DNA of 64,000 nucleotides from Podarcis vaucheri (taxonomy: Eukaryota), in the NCBI GenBank assembly GCA_965113315.1, contig OZ220376.1; one strand, written 5' to 3'. The number at the start of each line of letters is the position of its first letter. The stretch's first letter is position 1. Shown piece by piece: positions 1 to 13,425 of the stretch. Below the pieces are notes generated by a model, which ran no database searches, had not been told where the DNA came from, and saw only the letters and a list, made by a program, of their open reading frames with translations. Both the position numbers and the translations under genes were made by a program.

Positions 1-2589
1 TGGCAAACTAGAAATCCTATTAGACTTGTTCGAACACTCTCACACTAATTTCCCAGTTCCCATTTTAGATCAGTAGCTCAAAGGCTCAAATAAATTCTCT
101 GGAACTTACTGTACACTTAGGCATCCTTCCGGAGTTGTACTTTACAGAAAATAACCAATGATCTATGCTTGTTTTGCTAAATCTAAAAATTAAATATATC
201 ATTAAACATCTGTTGCCAGTACAGTCAAAGAGTAGTTAAATATCTTAAAATCACACAAAAAACCCTGTCATAGTGATATGAATCTTTTGCATAAACGCAG
301 CTGTTTAGGCAACAGAAAGTGGCCAGATTTTTACTGGGTGCTCACAACTTTGAAATAAGAAAAAAAAAATGGGTACCTGACATTTGGGCATAGGTGACAA
401 ATACCTGCATCTGTCTGGCTTGATTGTGCAAGCAGTTGCTTGGGGAGGCAATATTATTAGGTACCACCAGTGAAGCAGCCATTGGCTGGATTCAGGTGGA
501 CCCCCCCAGGCATTTATGTGTTTCCTTAGCCAGCGAAGAGTGTAGGAGGTGAGCAGACTGAGAGGTCACCCCAGAGTCCAGGTGGCTCATGCAAGCAAGC
601 CAAGCCACATAGAAAATCATCTTTACAACCTTCACCACCCAATGCTCAGTGGCATACAGGCAGCTTCATTATTCCCTGGAGCAATGCTGCCTAGGAACTG
701 CTTCCTTTGACCTTCTTGGTGGGCTGCAGCAACTGCCCTACCCTGCCATCCTCAGGAGCTGGTCAAGAACCAGCCATATGAGACTCGAAAGCTGCACCAT
801 CAGTTCAGGTGCAAGAGACCCTGGGCTTTGCATATCAGGTGCAAAGCAGCTGCTTAGGGACTCACAATGTCTTGAAATGGCCCTGATTTGCAAATGGAGT
901 GGTTAGAAAGAGACCAGGGGCCAATGAAAAAGACCCTAGTGACATCATGGAAATTTGGATCAAGTGGAATTGAAGGGTTTTTAGTACACCAGTTGCAAAG
1001 TTGCTGAAATAAGACACACACAGATCCTTACTTTTTTTGCCTGGTTTCCACATTACTTTGAGCACTGTGCTATTGCTTGCCTGCCCCCAAACCACTTAGG
1101 ATAGGATGCTTAATTTCTATCCACTTGGCTAGGATGAATCCACTCAAGGGAGTCTAGAAATTGGGACTGTATTCCACATGAATTGATTCTTGGCTTAGAC
1201 TGAATGTGTGCACAGTAAAGTAGTTGTGTGTCTGGGTTTGATGGGGGGGTCAGGCTTCTGGGCCGTATTTTGCTGGTTGTCCAGGTAGTAGCACATTCCC
1301 AGGTCAAGTTCTAGAAACATTGGGCAAAGGTCAGAAGGCAAGTACATTCCCAAAGGTTCCAAGTGAAAGCAAGATGATCCAAAGCAAGTCTTGTCCAAAA
1401 ACATACAGAGGCAGACTCTTCTTCTCCAGTATGATGAATTGATTAGAAGGCTGGGGCTTTGTAGGGCCTAATGGACAGGAATTGGTTCTTGTGGCCTAGA
1501 TGGCACTTCTGCAGTACAGAGCTTAGCCTGCGAGGCTTTTGGTGAAACAAAACATAGGCAATGTAGGAGGAAAGGCATTTGAGCCTGACTGATCAGACCC
1601 AGCCATCACCTGTCATGGGTTGGCTGAGTCAGGATGATGAGAACAGCCCATGACACCACCTGACATGAGTGATTCTGATATATTATGCAATTGGTGCTGA
1701 AACATACTATGGGGGGCATGTGAAAAGGTAATCAGGTCTCTTGGTGGCTTCATCTTCTAGCCTTTAGGTTCTAAACACGTGCCAATCTCATGGTCAATCT
1801 TGCTGCTGCTTCTATGTAAATTGAGGCCTGTGGGTTGTATTCAATGATAGTTCTACTCAGAGTACCTTGGTAATTTTAGTGGGCCTACTCTGAGTAGGAC
1901 TTAGAGGGCGACATCCATATGTTTGCAGGAACCAAGCCATGTGTGTCTGGGTCTTCTAAGAAGCTACGTATGCCCCAGTAGTCTCTGAAGAGCAACAGAG
2001 CCTGTTCACCTCCAGCATCGTTCAATGATGGACCATATTCCAAGCATACATTTAATATCCATTTTACACAAGGAACCACACCATAGGCACTGGGCATTTC
2101 CTGAGGATTAATTCACTAGCTGGAAGAGTTATTATGGCCTAGATCAATGTGTTGTGTGTTCTCCTCTCTAGCAGTTAAAATCCGTTCTATTGATTTGTTA
2201 GAGCCCAAGGCTTGTGTTGTTCATACATCAGGTAGAGAGCTGACTGGTTAATTTTCTTAGGTTTTGAGGAGAATTCAACTGTTGCAAAATTCATATTCAG
2301 ATATAAAATGTGTCTTGTCTCAAATGCGTGTCCTTGAGAAATTCCTCAAATACTGATGAGAAAAGATTCTGGAATTTAGTCTCTAGGCAGGAATAGCACA
2401 CCTACTTTGCAGTGGATGCCCTGGCGGGAACGTATGAAAGTAAGAGAACCCGCTTTGCTGCCAGTTTCTTCCTGCTGGACTGAGTGGGTATCCAGATTTC
2501 AAAAGGGAAGGAGATTATGGGCAGGTTACAAAACAATAGTGGCACTTCACTTGAAATACAGTGCAGAAAACATGTTGCTGCTTGATTGC

Positions 2590-3530
2590 TGTGGTCACAT
2601 TGATAGCCTTTCGATTAAACTGTTGTAATGTGCTGTACACGGAGCTACCCTTATGCCTGTTTCAGAAACTGCAGCTAGTACAAAATGCTGTTACTAGGTT
2701 GATTAGTGGGACACCCACCTGTACAGATATTGCACTGATGTTGAAAGATCTGCACTCGCTGTCAGCTGCTGAGCCAAGTTCAAGGTTTTGTTGTTGACAT
2801 TTAAAGGCCTAAACTAGGGATGCGGAACCGCGGACCTGAGGGCCAAATCCTGCCTTCCAGGTCTCACCATCTCGCCTTTGAGATTCTGCCCAGGCCACAT
2901 GCCTCACTGAAGGATAGGGAGGGGTATGTGGAAGTGTCCTTGGAACCAGCCTAGTACACAAAGGTAAAATGCATATTCATTGCTCTTCCCACTTTTGCCT
3001 CTGACCCTGCCCTGGTATGCAGCCCTCAGGAGGTTCCCTAGAAGAGAATGTGGCCCTCAGGCTGCAAAAAGGTTCCCCAGAAACAACTGGGGACCGGGAT
3101 AACTAGCAGCCTCTCCCCCACCCCACAACCCTGATACAGACCAAACCCACCTTTTAGATCTTCCCAGGAGACCCTGTTGGCTTATAGCATGGCCAGTGGA
3201 TTATCACTTTGTGATAATATGGAAGTGTGCCATCCTATTGACAGCACCCACCCTCTGCAGTGCCCTCCCTCGGGGAATTTGCGAGGAAGGGACAGCAGTG
3301 ACCTTGAAGCACCTCTTTTTAAAAATGCACTTCTCCAAGCTTTCCTGGACTCTTGATTCTTAATTGTTATTTTTTTGTTTTTGTTTGGTACAGTTCTTGG
3401 TTTTGCTTGTAAGGCACAGCTTTGCTTTGCTTTCATCTCATTTTTAGGAAATTTTATTGAACATCATGATATTTTAGAGCAAACTGCTTATAAATGTTCA
3501 TTGAAGTGCTATGATTTTCTTTCAATAAAT
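2590..3530 (+). mobile_element. Decayed L2-type LINE 3' fragment, interrupted by a hAT-like MITE (about 2816-3080)
   Basis: RLNCCNVLYTELPLCLFQKLQLVQNAVTRLISG...LKDLH...FKVLLLTFKGL resembles the L2 ORF2 C-terminus; resumes as QLGPGY-like after the insert; insert has agggatgcggaacc / ggttcccca ends. Confidence 0.7.
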
Positions 3531-5083
3531 GGAAATGCAATTCATCCCTTGTTTGTTTGGTGGTCATGGCAAGGAAAAGCTAGTTTGCAGAAAGCCAAAG
3601 GGGGCTTTGAGAAAATGCATAGGAAAACGTCTTATTGAAAGAAAACACTTTATTGGTCTGCCAGGTCAATATGGGCAAAAATAAAGAAGAGCCTGGGAGC
3701 TCTTGGTTGGCACACAGCAGTTCCCCTCCCTTCCGGGACTTTTGCCTTTCATTCCAGTAGGGGGAGCCACGCCCTATGCAGCTGTCCCTGTCGCACACAG
3801 GGTGCTGACCCCTCCATTGTAGTGAATGGGAGGGCCCTTGTGTATTGGAGCTCTGTGAGCTCCCTGGTGCGCATGTGAGGCTCTCTCCATCCAGCTTTGT
3901 GTGCTTACAGCTCTTTTATTTATGCCCTGTGCTTTAAGCTGATTTCCCAAACAAATTATCTATGATTATTTAGCTGAGAAAAAATGGCTATCCACGAAGT
4001 TTAATCTGCACTAAGTTAATAATACCTATTTGAATCTGTTATTCCATTGATTAAAAGCTAGGAGGGGAAATGCCTTTTAACTGGTTTAGCAAACGGTCCT
4101 AGAAATTACCCAAACAACCTATTGACTGGGATAATGTAATCAACTCAGAGGAGCTGGTGAATCTGCAGCTCTCCCCCCCCCCCGCCACCCATAGCACATC
4201 ATCGTAATGATTGAAGGGACTCAAAAGTTTTGAGGCACTGAACAAAACCGACCCTAAAGCAAAAGCAAGCAAATCAAAATCTTAAGTGAAAGCAGCCCAG
4301 AAAACAGAACGGAGGCCTTGTTACGAGGGAGGCAAGTGCCCTTTAACTGCTGTTTTTGCTTGCTTGTCAAGATCTATATTCTCGAGTCCTGGTTTTATAA
4401 GCACTTTGTTTTTCACAAGTGCTATAAAGGCAGAAGCAGGGTCTACTGAGAGACAAATGGCGTAATGGAAGTTATTGTTGAAAACAGAACATTTTGTAAA
4501 ACATATAAACCTTCATTATATACATATCTCCAGTGGGATGTAGCCTATGTCAAAGGAATGCCTCAAAATATCATAGGTGACTTTAATTATGTAATTGGAG
4601 GGGGGATGTAATAGAAAGGCCCAGACACTTTGTGGTTTAGCAACACAGAGCAATTCCTGCTGGAGCTTTCCCTGTAGTTTCCAATCTAACCCACAGAGAA
4701 CTCTATTGGATGATGAGTTTTCAAGCCAATTAAGGGCAGCAGGCACAATCCTGCAGGAACCGCTCCTGTGCAGATGCCTTCCCTTCAGCAGAGTTTGCAC
4801 TGGGGCACAGCAGTGGTTCAGCAATGTGCTCTGGAATGAAAAGGTTTTCAAGAAAATATCGTTAAAATTCAGGTATTGAATTAACAAACTGAGTTAAGTG
4901 CCAGGATCCCCAGGAGCACAGAGAAAGAGAAGGATGTGACAAGTGAGCACAGGATTTAGCTTCCCAAGAGTATCAGCTTTTGGTTTTGGGTTATTCTTGT
5001 TTTTAATGTAACACGTTTCCAGGACACGTTTGGAAGTGTGTGAACGATGCTTGCTAAAATAGCCCATGTCTAAGGAGCAGCTG

Positions 5084-5455
5084 GGACGCAGGGACGCGGG
5101 TGGCGCTGTGGGTTAAAGCCTCAGCGCCTAGGGCTTGCCGATCGAAAGGTCGGCGGTTCGAATCCCCGCAGCGGGGTGCGCTCCCGCTGCTCGGTCCCAG
5201 CGCCTGCCAACCTAGCAGTTCGAAAGCACCCCCGGGTGCAAGTAGATAAATAGGGACCGCTTACCAGCGGGAAGGTAAACGGCGTTCCGTGTGCTGTGCT
5301 GGCTCGCCAGATGCAGCTTTGTCACGCTGGCCACGTGACCCGGAAGTGTCTCCGGACAGCGCTGGCCTCCGGCCTATAGATGTGAGATGGGCGCACAAAC
5401 CCCAGAGTCTGTCAAGACTGGCCCGTTCGGGCAGGGGTACCTTTACCTTTACCTT
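5084..5455 (+). mobile_element. Young full-length Sauria SINE
   Basis: GGGACGCGGGTGGCGCTGTGG head, B box GGTTCGAATCC, (ACCTTT)3 tail, TSD TAAGGAGCAGCTG at 5071-5083 and 5456-5468. Confidence 0.93.
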
Positions 5456-6299
5456 TAAGGAGCAGCTGAGTCAGATTTCCAACATTTGTAGGTCAGGCTT
5501 CTGTGTTTGGCACTGCACCTCCCCATGATGAGTAAATTTGAATCAAATTATGCAAAACAAAACAAAATATGTGAGTTTGCTCAAGCAGAAAAATCAGGTG
5601 TTCCTGGTGCAGAATTTATATTTTCTGAATGCAGAATTTTAGCGTGGTGCAAAAAACAAAACAAAAAAACCCAACCCTCTGAAGGTCCCTCCAGATGTCC
5701 TTTCCATTGTGCATTCATGATTATTTGTGCTTATGATGCTATTAGGACAGTTATAAGCAATCCTGATTTCAATGGTATTTGTGCTTGCAAAAGTTATGGG
5801 GTCATCGTACTGCTTCTTTTCCAAACAGTTAATGTCCTGTAACTTCCTGCTGAAACACCACCAAAGTTCTGGTTGTGTTTTATTGTTGTTTGTTGTCCTA
5901 CTGCTGTTGTGCTATATATAGCCCCTCCAAACAGAAATAATGTGGTAGCGTTTGGGAAGCATTACAGAGCAACTAATAAAGCAGAATAAGTTCACCACTG
6001 ATGCAATACTGTGGTGTCAAGAATATGGTAAAGAATACACCTGTAATAAAACACCAGTCTGGAGAGACACTGGAATTCTAGGCAGAACATGTGCAACCAA
6101 CCTAGCAAAAAGCATTCTGGATTTCAGCAAGGCAGCCAGAATTTCTGGAATGCATTGTGGGGTTGTTGGAGCCACTGTAGTCACCCTCAGTTCTGCTCCT
6201 TGCTTGTTTTGGAGTAGCATTAACACGTTCCAGATGCCACCTGGACAGTGTTTAGTCTTCAAATGAGGAAATCTGAATTGCAACCTTTCAGAAACAACT

Positions 6300-6760
6300 G
6301 CCAAGACGTCTAGCTTCACTGTCCTGTAGAATAGCTGCATTGATCTCCCATGTTGGAAAGTTATGAATTGCAGAGCCTGGAGATAGAACTCTATAAACAC
6401 CTCGTTGAACATGAGAGGAAAAGAGTGAGCCCATATGGCTGCTGTGAAATGAAACCAAGTCATTTTTCCTCCGCCATCCCCCCCCCTCGATCTCAGAATT
6501 CTTTGAACATTGCCCTAGAAAATTGGAAAAGGGAGAAGTAGCTGATGTAATTTATTTGAACTTTCAAGCTGCCTTTAACTAAGTCCCTCACAAGGAAACG
6601 AAAGGAGTCACCGGGTGAAGGATGGAGCACTTCAGAGACAGGGAAATGGCTGAGTGTAGACAGCAAAGAGGGAGGCTGCACAGTCAATTTTCGACATAAC
6701 ACGATCCAAAGCGCCTTCTTCTCAAAGGCTACGTTCTGGGACTGACACTATTAATAAGTG
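6300..6760 (+). mobile_element. Ancient CR1 LINE RT fragment
   Basis: Translates to KGEVADVIYLNFQAAFN*VPH (CR1 DVIYLDFxKAFDxVPH) and a YVLGLTLL segment resembling GSVLGPLLF. Confidence 0.7.
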
Positions 6761-8083
6761 TCTCAGTGGAAAAGGAGGCAAATGGTCACTTGGCTGCAGT
6801 CCTCCACCCCGGTAAAAAATAAATTTTAAAATCACACTTGCCTGGCCCTTCTTCATGTGTGAAAGTCAACCTGTGTAGACTCCATGGGCTTCTTCTGCAT
6901 GTTGGGCTGGCCTTGTGAATGGTTCCAGTGCGTGGCCAGATAAGCTCACCTGTTAATGTTTTCCCAGAAGTAAGGGTTTGGGGGTTGTTTTTTAAAGGAG
7001 TTGGCCTTTTCACCCAAATCTATTATTTGTTTTTATTTCATATATCTCCTTTTTTACCCTGCCTTTTCAGGGTACATATATTCTCACAAGGCAGCTTGCA
7101 TGAGCACTATCAAAACAGGGGAAGACAGCTTAGAAATTGCAAGAGAATAATGAGGAATTGCGATGGAGCAGTAGAAGCCTGTCAAGAAGAGAACCGTATG
7201 CACGGCCAAATATTTGCTTTCTAATTTCGCAGTCACACTTCCTGCCACTGAAGAGTCAACCTGCTTTTCCACCTGCATCCCAGTTTGCCTCTTCAGCACT
7301 AGAAATACTGCAATGAAATTCAGAAGCAAATCTCCACTTGCGTACTGTACATCCATACCTTTTGGATGCTGGCCCCAGCCTCTTTAGTGAACCATGCGTC
7401 TTCATCTGCGTTGTTTAAAAGCAATTTTTTCAACCTCCTCCGTACTGTCGGTTTTTGGCTGCTACATACTTTTTAAATCGGAGGGATTCTACCTATTACC
7501 ACTAGATGGCAATCAAATAAGATAACAGTCTTCAATCCTGGCTAAAATATTCAGTCCCGTGGTGAATTTTAACCATAATAAAGAAGAGAGCTCTCTTCTG
7601 AGAAACCCGACTTGCATTAATATTTTACTAATTGGCATTTTTACAGTGTCATCCAGCCACTTCTTAAAAAAAAAAAAGGCAGGTGTACTCTGTATAATAA
7701 TGTAGAAGTCAATATTGGAGGCAGAAAGAAACAATTAAACCGAGGGAAGAAAAGCGATAATTTAGTAACTGTTTAAGAATTTATGCTTCCTTGCCCTTCT
7801 CACGTTTTAAAGCTGAAACATTTTTATGGCAGCTGTAAAGAATGACACCATAACTGTGACTTTATTCACTCACCGTGCTTTCATTTTGCGGTCTCCACAC
7901 TCCACACCTGGTGGCTTGGGTTTTGGTTTTGCTGACAACCTGAGATCCTGCCCACCACCATGTCCCGTATTAAATAACCCCATGTGGGAATTTCAAAGTA
8001 GCCAATCGCACCCTCATTGATTACATACCCAAATCCCACAAGGAAGGCTGGAGAAGTAGGAGGAAGGAGGGCTGGAGGAGCAT

Positions 8084-8250
8084 GGCTGGGAAGAACATCT
8101 GCCTTGCGTGCAGATGCTCCCAAGTTCAGTCCCCAGCAACATCTCCCTGCAAGCCTGGGAGATACTCCTGCCTGAAACCCTGGAGAACTGCAAACCATAC
8201 TGAGCTTGGTGGACCATTGGTCTCACTCTGTATAAGGCAGCTTCCTATGG
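8084..8250 (+). mobile_element. Degenerate tRNA(Ala)-derived squamate SINE
   Basis: Shares cctgcctgaaaccctggaga...ataaggcagcttcctatg body and tail with the 12708 copy. Confidence 0.7.
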
Positions 8251-8494
8251 TTCTTGTCTTATAAACAGCCATGGCTGACTAGCAGAAGCATCCCAAGCAA
8301 CTGCAACAAAATTAATCAGGCTCTAGTGGTGCAGGACACACACTGCCTAGGTCCTTTGCAGTAGTGCAGAGGTCCTGCCCACCTCTCAGGACAAGCAGGG
8401 CAGCCCCTTTTGGTGGCAAAAAGTCTCAACAGGATCTGGCCTCTATGGGAGTTGAAAACATCTGGAGGTGGCTAGCAAATGTTTGCTTCACACC

Positions 8495-8900
8495 ATTATC
8501 ATTTATTGATTTAGCAGCTCCTTTGGGAGTGTTCACTAGATAAGAGGAGAAATGCATTGCTTGCCAAAGCAGAGAGTTTGTCAAAGGTACACAGTGAGGA
8601 GGGAAAGGCAAGCTGGTGGTCATGGGCTATAAGAGAACAGCCTAATAAGTGGTTGCCTTCGGAAGGCTTTGCAGTTTTAAGGAAGGAGCCAGCTCCTAGA
8701 AGAAGGACTAGAAGCAGAATGGATGGTGTGAGGAAGGGAAGAAGGTGGTGCCGAGGATATAATTGCGGCCCAAAGAGTCTTCAACATAAACATATTAGAG
8801 CCTGGAGTTCATAGCGGGTGTGATGGATTTAAGGAGATTTAAGGAGAAGAGTGATGGGGTTGTAGTGATGGGAGAGAAATATTATTTTAGCAGAAGGACT
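8495..8900 (-). mobile_element. Ancient L2 3' fragment
   Basis: Reverse strand reads SAKIIFLSHHYNPITLLLKS, like L2 AARIIF...DHITPLLKSL; ends in an aataaa tail. Confidence 0.55.
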
Positions 8901-9667
8901 CCGCTCAAGGCATTCCAAGATCAATATCTAGCTCCCCTCTTTGCTGGATTTCCACCCCTGCCCCCAGGAAATGAAAATATCTCCATTAACCAAGAGGCTA
9001 ATAGGATTCCATCCACATCTGTTTGCCTACCTTTGCAGATCTCATAACATAAGCACACCACTACCTGTATGTTGAACTAATGAAAACAATTCGGTTTTGT
9101 GAACAACAAAGTGAGCACTGGGCTGCAAGGCACTGTGGCAGTTAGCAGTTTGGGATAATTGTAAAAGCCTGAAGCTCATAGATACAGGTTTGGTCGGGAG
9201 GGACTACCCACCCACCAGCAAAGAGAAGTCATGGGCTTGCTGACTTAGCATAATGGGGCCCCATCTGCTATGCTGGACCTCTACTTTGAGATGAGATGTC
9301 AACCACTAGCAGCTGAGTCTGGCGCTCTGCTACCTTTGCTACTTCTCACTATGCAGGTGAGGGGACTGTTTCATTTATATCCATGATCTCTGTAAAAGCG
9401 CATGGCGGCAGCAGGGCTGACCTTCATTAAAACCTTAAAATCTGCAATATGTGCAAACTAAATGGATTTGGCCCTATTTCTGCTCAGTTGGCATAGTTTA
9501 TTGTGCCTCTGCTAGAGATGTAAGAATTGCCTTTCCTGGATTGGATCAGAGGCCAGCTGGATTAACCAGAAAGTGAGGTGTGATTCAGGCAAAGGTATAC
9601 ATAATTGCTGTAATTCCCTGCAATGATCAGAAGCTGCCTCTGAACGTGGGTGTTCTGTTCTTGGCTA

Positions 9668-9845
9668 GCATGGTGCAATGGTTAGTGCTGGAGACCTAGG
9701 TTCAGATCCCCAAGCAGCAAGGATGCTTCCTGTGTGACCTTGGGCCTGCCCCCACTTTTCAGCCTAGCCTACCTTGGCAGGTTGTTGTGAGGATAAAAGC
9801 AGGAAATCCTTGGAGGAAAGGCAGGATATAAATGTAATTAATAAA
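9668..9845 (+). mobile_element. CORE/L2-tailed tRNA SINE (Squam3/MIR-like)
   Basis: tggtgcaatggttag A box, ggttcagatcc B box, tgtgtgaccttggg core, ggttgttgtgaggataaa, aataaa tail; related copy at about 43790-43960. Confidence 0.65.
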
Positions 9846-12099
9846 CCTGCGTTTCCCAGAATTGAGCTAGTGCTTTTATTTTAGCTGAAGAGTTTATCAA
9901 AGTGAAAACATAGTCAAACAGAAAACAACAAATGAGGACAATAGTCCCAACCCAGAGAGAGAAGCAGGGTCACAATACAGATAGTGCATTCAAAATGAAC
10001 AGTCCAGACAAAACTATGCATTAAATAAGATTATCTTTCCAAAATTATAAATGAGCCAAGGGTGGTCATGGGAAGGATGTATTCTTGTTAACATAGGAAA
10101 TAAACAGAAGCCACACACTGAGAAAGAGGTCGCTAGATAATCTAGCTCAGTGGGTTAATTTCTCTAGAAGGGCAAAATGCCAAATCTTGCAGAATCAGTT
10201 TTGTAGACAGCAAAGGCCTGGGGAGTGCCATTGTTGTGCAATTTCCATGTTGCAACTAATAAGAAGGCAATAAGATCCTAAACCCTGCTCTTCTCTATAT
10301 ATCATTAAGAGGAACAAGTTTGGGGGAACAAACCATCTTGGAAATCTCCCCCAAATGGGCTTTAGTACCGCCATCATATCAGTCTAGTGGCAAAGAATTC
10401 CTTAAAGCTGGAATGTTTGTGGGGAAAGAAGCAAGGAATGTGGATGGGAGCCCTGCTCAGCTTCCCACTGGCTTCTGAGATTGTCCACACATTTGAACAA
10501 AGTGGGCTGTGAACTAGGCATCACATTTGCAATGCCATGGTTGTGCACAACGCAAGGAGTGTTGGATAAGAGCAGTTCCTCCATGTCACTAAGTGCTTAG
10601 TGAGCTAAGTCATTAGAGATGCTTCATGAATCATTCTGCTCGTGGGGGAGAGTAGGACACCCCACATTTCTGGCTTCCTAAGTGCAAGGGACAAAATGAA
10701 ACAAAAATGCTTCCTTTCTTCACCGTTTCCATTTGTGAGTTCTAGAATCCAAACTGGGCTATGGGAAGCCACAGTCCACAGGTAATATTTCAGGCTTCAT
10801 CACTTGTAGTCCTAGAACTGGACTAGAAAACTAAGGAGCATATCAAGAGGGAAAGGGTCTAGAAAACAGTGGCAAGCTTTGAAGAAAGGTAGCAGATTCA
10901 CAAGGTGGGCGCTTATCCCCAAACATACTGTTTAAAAACGAGGGTCTGATTTATGGCTTAACTTAAAGGGGGGTTCCAATCAAATAAATAAACAGACCCA
11001 GGTAGCTCATCTAAGCTTCTGCAGCATGCTAAGCCAGGACTAGAGAAGGGCCTTCATTTCCCCACAGAGCAAATCTGAAGGTGTGGGCAAGGGTGGAAGT
11101 AAAGAATTATAACTGGCAAATCTTCCTACTGAAATGTACCAAAGAATACTGGCCATCAGCATCCAATTTGCATTTTCCTCCATGCAGTGGGAAATATTTA
11201 AGTTGACAAATAGGATATTTAACCACGCAACAGATACTTGGCAGTTCGTTATTAACAACTGTTACTGATGTGATTTATTTGCTGTTATAAAAAGGGCATT
11301 ATTTTGTGAATATGATTCAGAAATTAGCTCCAGTTTAGCAAGAGGCCTTGACTGCCTGACCTCTTAATAGCCTTATAATGATGCCATTTACCATTCAGTG
11401 GCTTATTCAAGTCATTGTGTGTGAGATTTGTTCCGAAGGACTGATGTTCACAGATCAGACTGGTGTGTAGATGGCTCACGGGGAACGGGGGAGAACTCTG
11501 GGGCCACATATGTTGCCAGGGCCACCTGCACTAATAGGAGTTAGGAAAAGGCAGGTGTGGGGGACTGCCCTTTCTTCAGTTCCCTTTGCAGGTCACCCCT
11601 AGTATTATTCCTCTGCCATATCCCCCCGCCCATTCAGGTACCCATGCTTTGCCCATATAAGTGTCATTAGAATTGTGGTGGGTTTTTTGGAGGGGGGGGG
11701 AGAATAGAAATTCCAGAAGATTACTTTGTCAGAAGCAGAACTTTCCAGCCATTTGGACAGTTAAGTCAAAGTACCTGTCACTCCTTTGCCCTTACTGCCC
11801 CACACTACTGTTCCCCCTGTTTCCTTGCCCAATATAACCCACCTGGCCCAAAACACAGATAGATATTTCCTTAAAGAAGCTAGACTGCTTGCTAACATTC
11901 TGTCGCTGACATCTTCACTCTGAACAGTTGGAATAATGATGACATTCCATGACGTAATGATAGGCAAACTACAGCCAGTGTTTAGCCTACTTTAGAACTC
12001 TCTGGAGAACCTTTGGATCATGGGCCCAGTTGGAAGATGCACCTTAGGTGTCTCTTCTAGCTTGGGTGTCTCATGTGACATCTTTGCCCATGTGGCTGC

Positions 12100-13425
12100 T
12101 CTGTGGCCCCTCCCACATTGATGCCTGGCATGCTCTGCGTTTGGCCCTCTACTCTTCTTTCTGTATACATTACCCCCCTGGGTAGCCTCATCACTTCTCA
12201 TGGTTTTCAATGCCACCTATAAGCTCCTAGCGCTACCACTCCATCCATATCATTTGCCATCCATCCAATCCTCCATCTCCAGTTACCTTTCTGATACGTC
12301 TGCTTGGGTGCGTCAGCATTGTCTCAAGCTCCATGTGTCCATACAAAATTTATCCCATTTTCTCCCATTTCTCCTTGTTCCCGCTCCTTATCCATTAGCA
12401 TCACCAACCACCCTGTTGATCAGGATAAAGCCTTGGCTTTCTGTTATCTTTCCTTGGACCCACAAATGCAATCTGTTCCCAAATCATGCCACTTCTCTCT
12501 TTACAATGTGACAAATTACAGCCCTTTGCCGTCCGTATCCTCAGCAAAATATCTGCTCCGTGCCCTCTGTAGCTCTCATCTTCATGGCTGCAAACTTTGT
12601 TCTCTCTAGGGTCTCCTATTATCCCACCTACTGTGTCTCACTCGCCTGTACCCAGCACTCTGCTGCCAGCTTTATTTGCCTTGTTTGTTGCTCTGAATAT
12701 GTCACATGGGAAAGGACTTTAGCTCAGTGGTCAGAGCTTCTGCTTTGCATGCAGAAGGTCCCAGGTTCAATCCCTAGTACCTACTAGTAGGGCTGATACT
12801 GTTTCCTGCCTGAGGCCCTGGAGAGCCATTGTCAGTCAGCGCAGACAATAATGAGCATGATGGACCAGTGGTCTGACTCAGCCTAAAGCAACTTCCTATG
12901 ATCCTATGGCTCTTCTCCTTAAACTCCTTCACTACTTCCTGCCCAGTCCCAGATCCTGCATAAGCTTCATGGCTTACCTTCAAAACCCTCCATCAGCTTC
13001 TTCCTGCACCCCATCTACCAAAATCTCTGTTCACATCCCTTCTTCCCGTGACCTTTACTTAACCAGCTGCGCCACCCAAAGCTATCCAAATGTCCCCATT
13101 CTGCTCTCTGAAATGACTCCATCCCTTCCTCCTTGCTGCTACTGATGCCTGGAATTGCCCTCCCCTCCCTCTCCTCAATGCTTACCTTTCCTAGAAATCT
13201 TTGGAGCACCCTCCTAGTAACAATATCATCATGTAACTAAGTCAAAGAACAGGCACTTGAAATCAACACATATTCTTCCCTGCTTCCATTACCTCCCATT
13301 TGTTTTTCTTCTGTGTCTGTTTTATATTGTAAGCCCCCTGAGATAGGGTTCTGTCAAACCTGTTCTTTACAAAGTGCTGTATACATAGATGGTGCTATAT
13401 ATAAATAAGTAAATAAATAAAAAAT
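12100..13425 (+). mobile_element. Ancient L2 LINE fragment (RT to 3' end)
   Basis: FGPLLFFLYTLPP/LGSLITSHGFQCHL* (YADD region) and ISSYLSDTSAWVRQHCLKLHVS; 3' end gatggtgctatatataaataagtaaataaataa. Confidence 0.8.
12708..12908 (+). mobile_element. tRNA(Ala)-derived squamate SINE inserted in the L2
   Basis: TAGCTCAGTGG A box, TTTGCAT anticodon loop, GGTTCAATCC B box, non-tRNA body, (tcctatg)n tail. Confidence 0.85.

Noticed and set aside
560-1670. Possible LTR/Gypsy remnant, with a small inverted repeat TGTCATGGG...CCCATGACA at 1611-1655
   Set aside because: No paired LTRs, PBS/PPT or gag/pol motifs could be confirmed by eye
5289-5528. Near-identical ORFs MCCAGSPDAALSRWPRDPEV... here and at 31794-32021
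   Set aside because: Both are incidental frames within Sauria SINE copies
12708-12780. Apparent tRNA-Ala(TGC) gene (also at 46188)
   Set aside because: Acceptor stem is not intact and the sequence continues into a SINE body and tail seen in several copies
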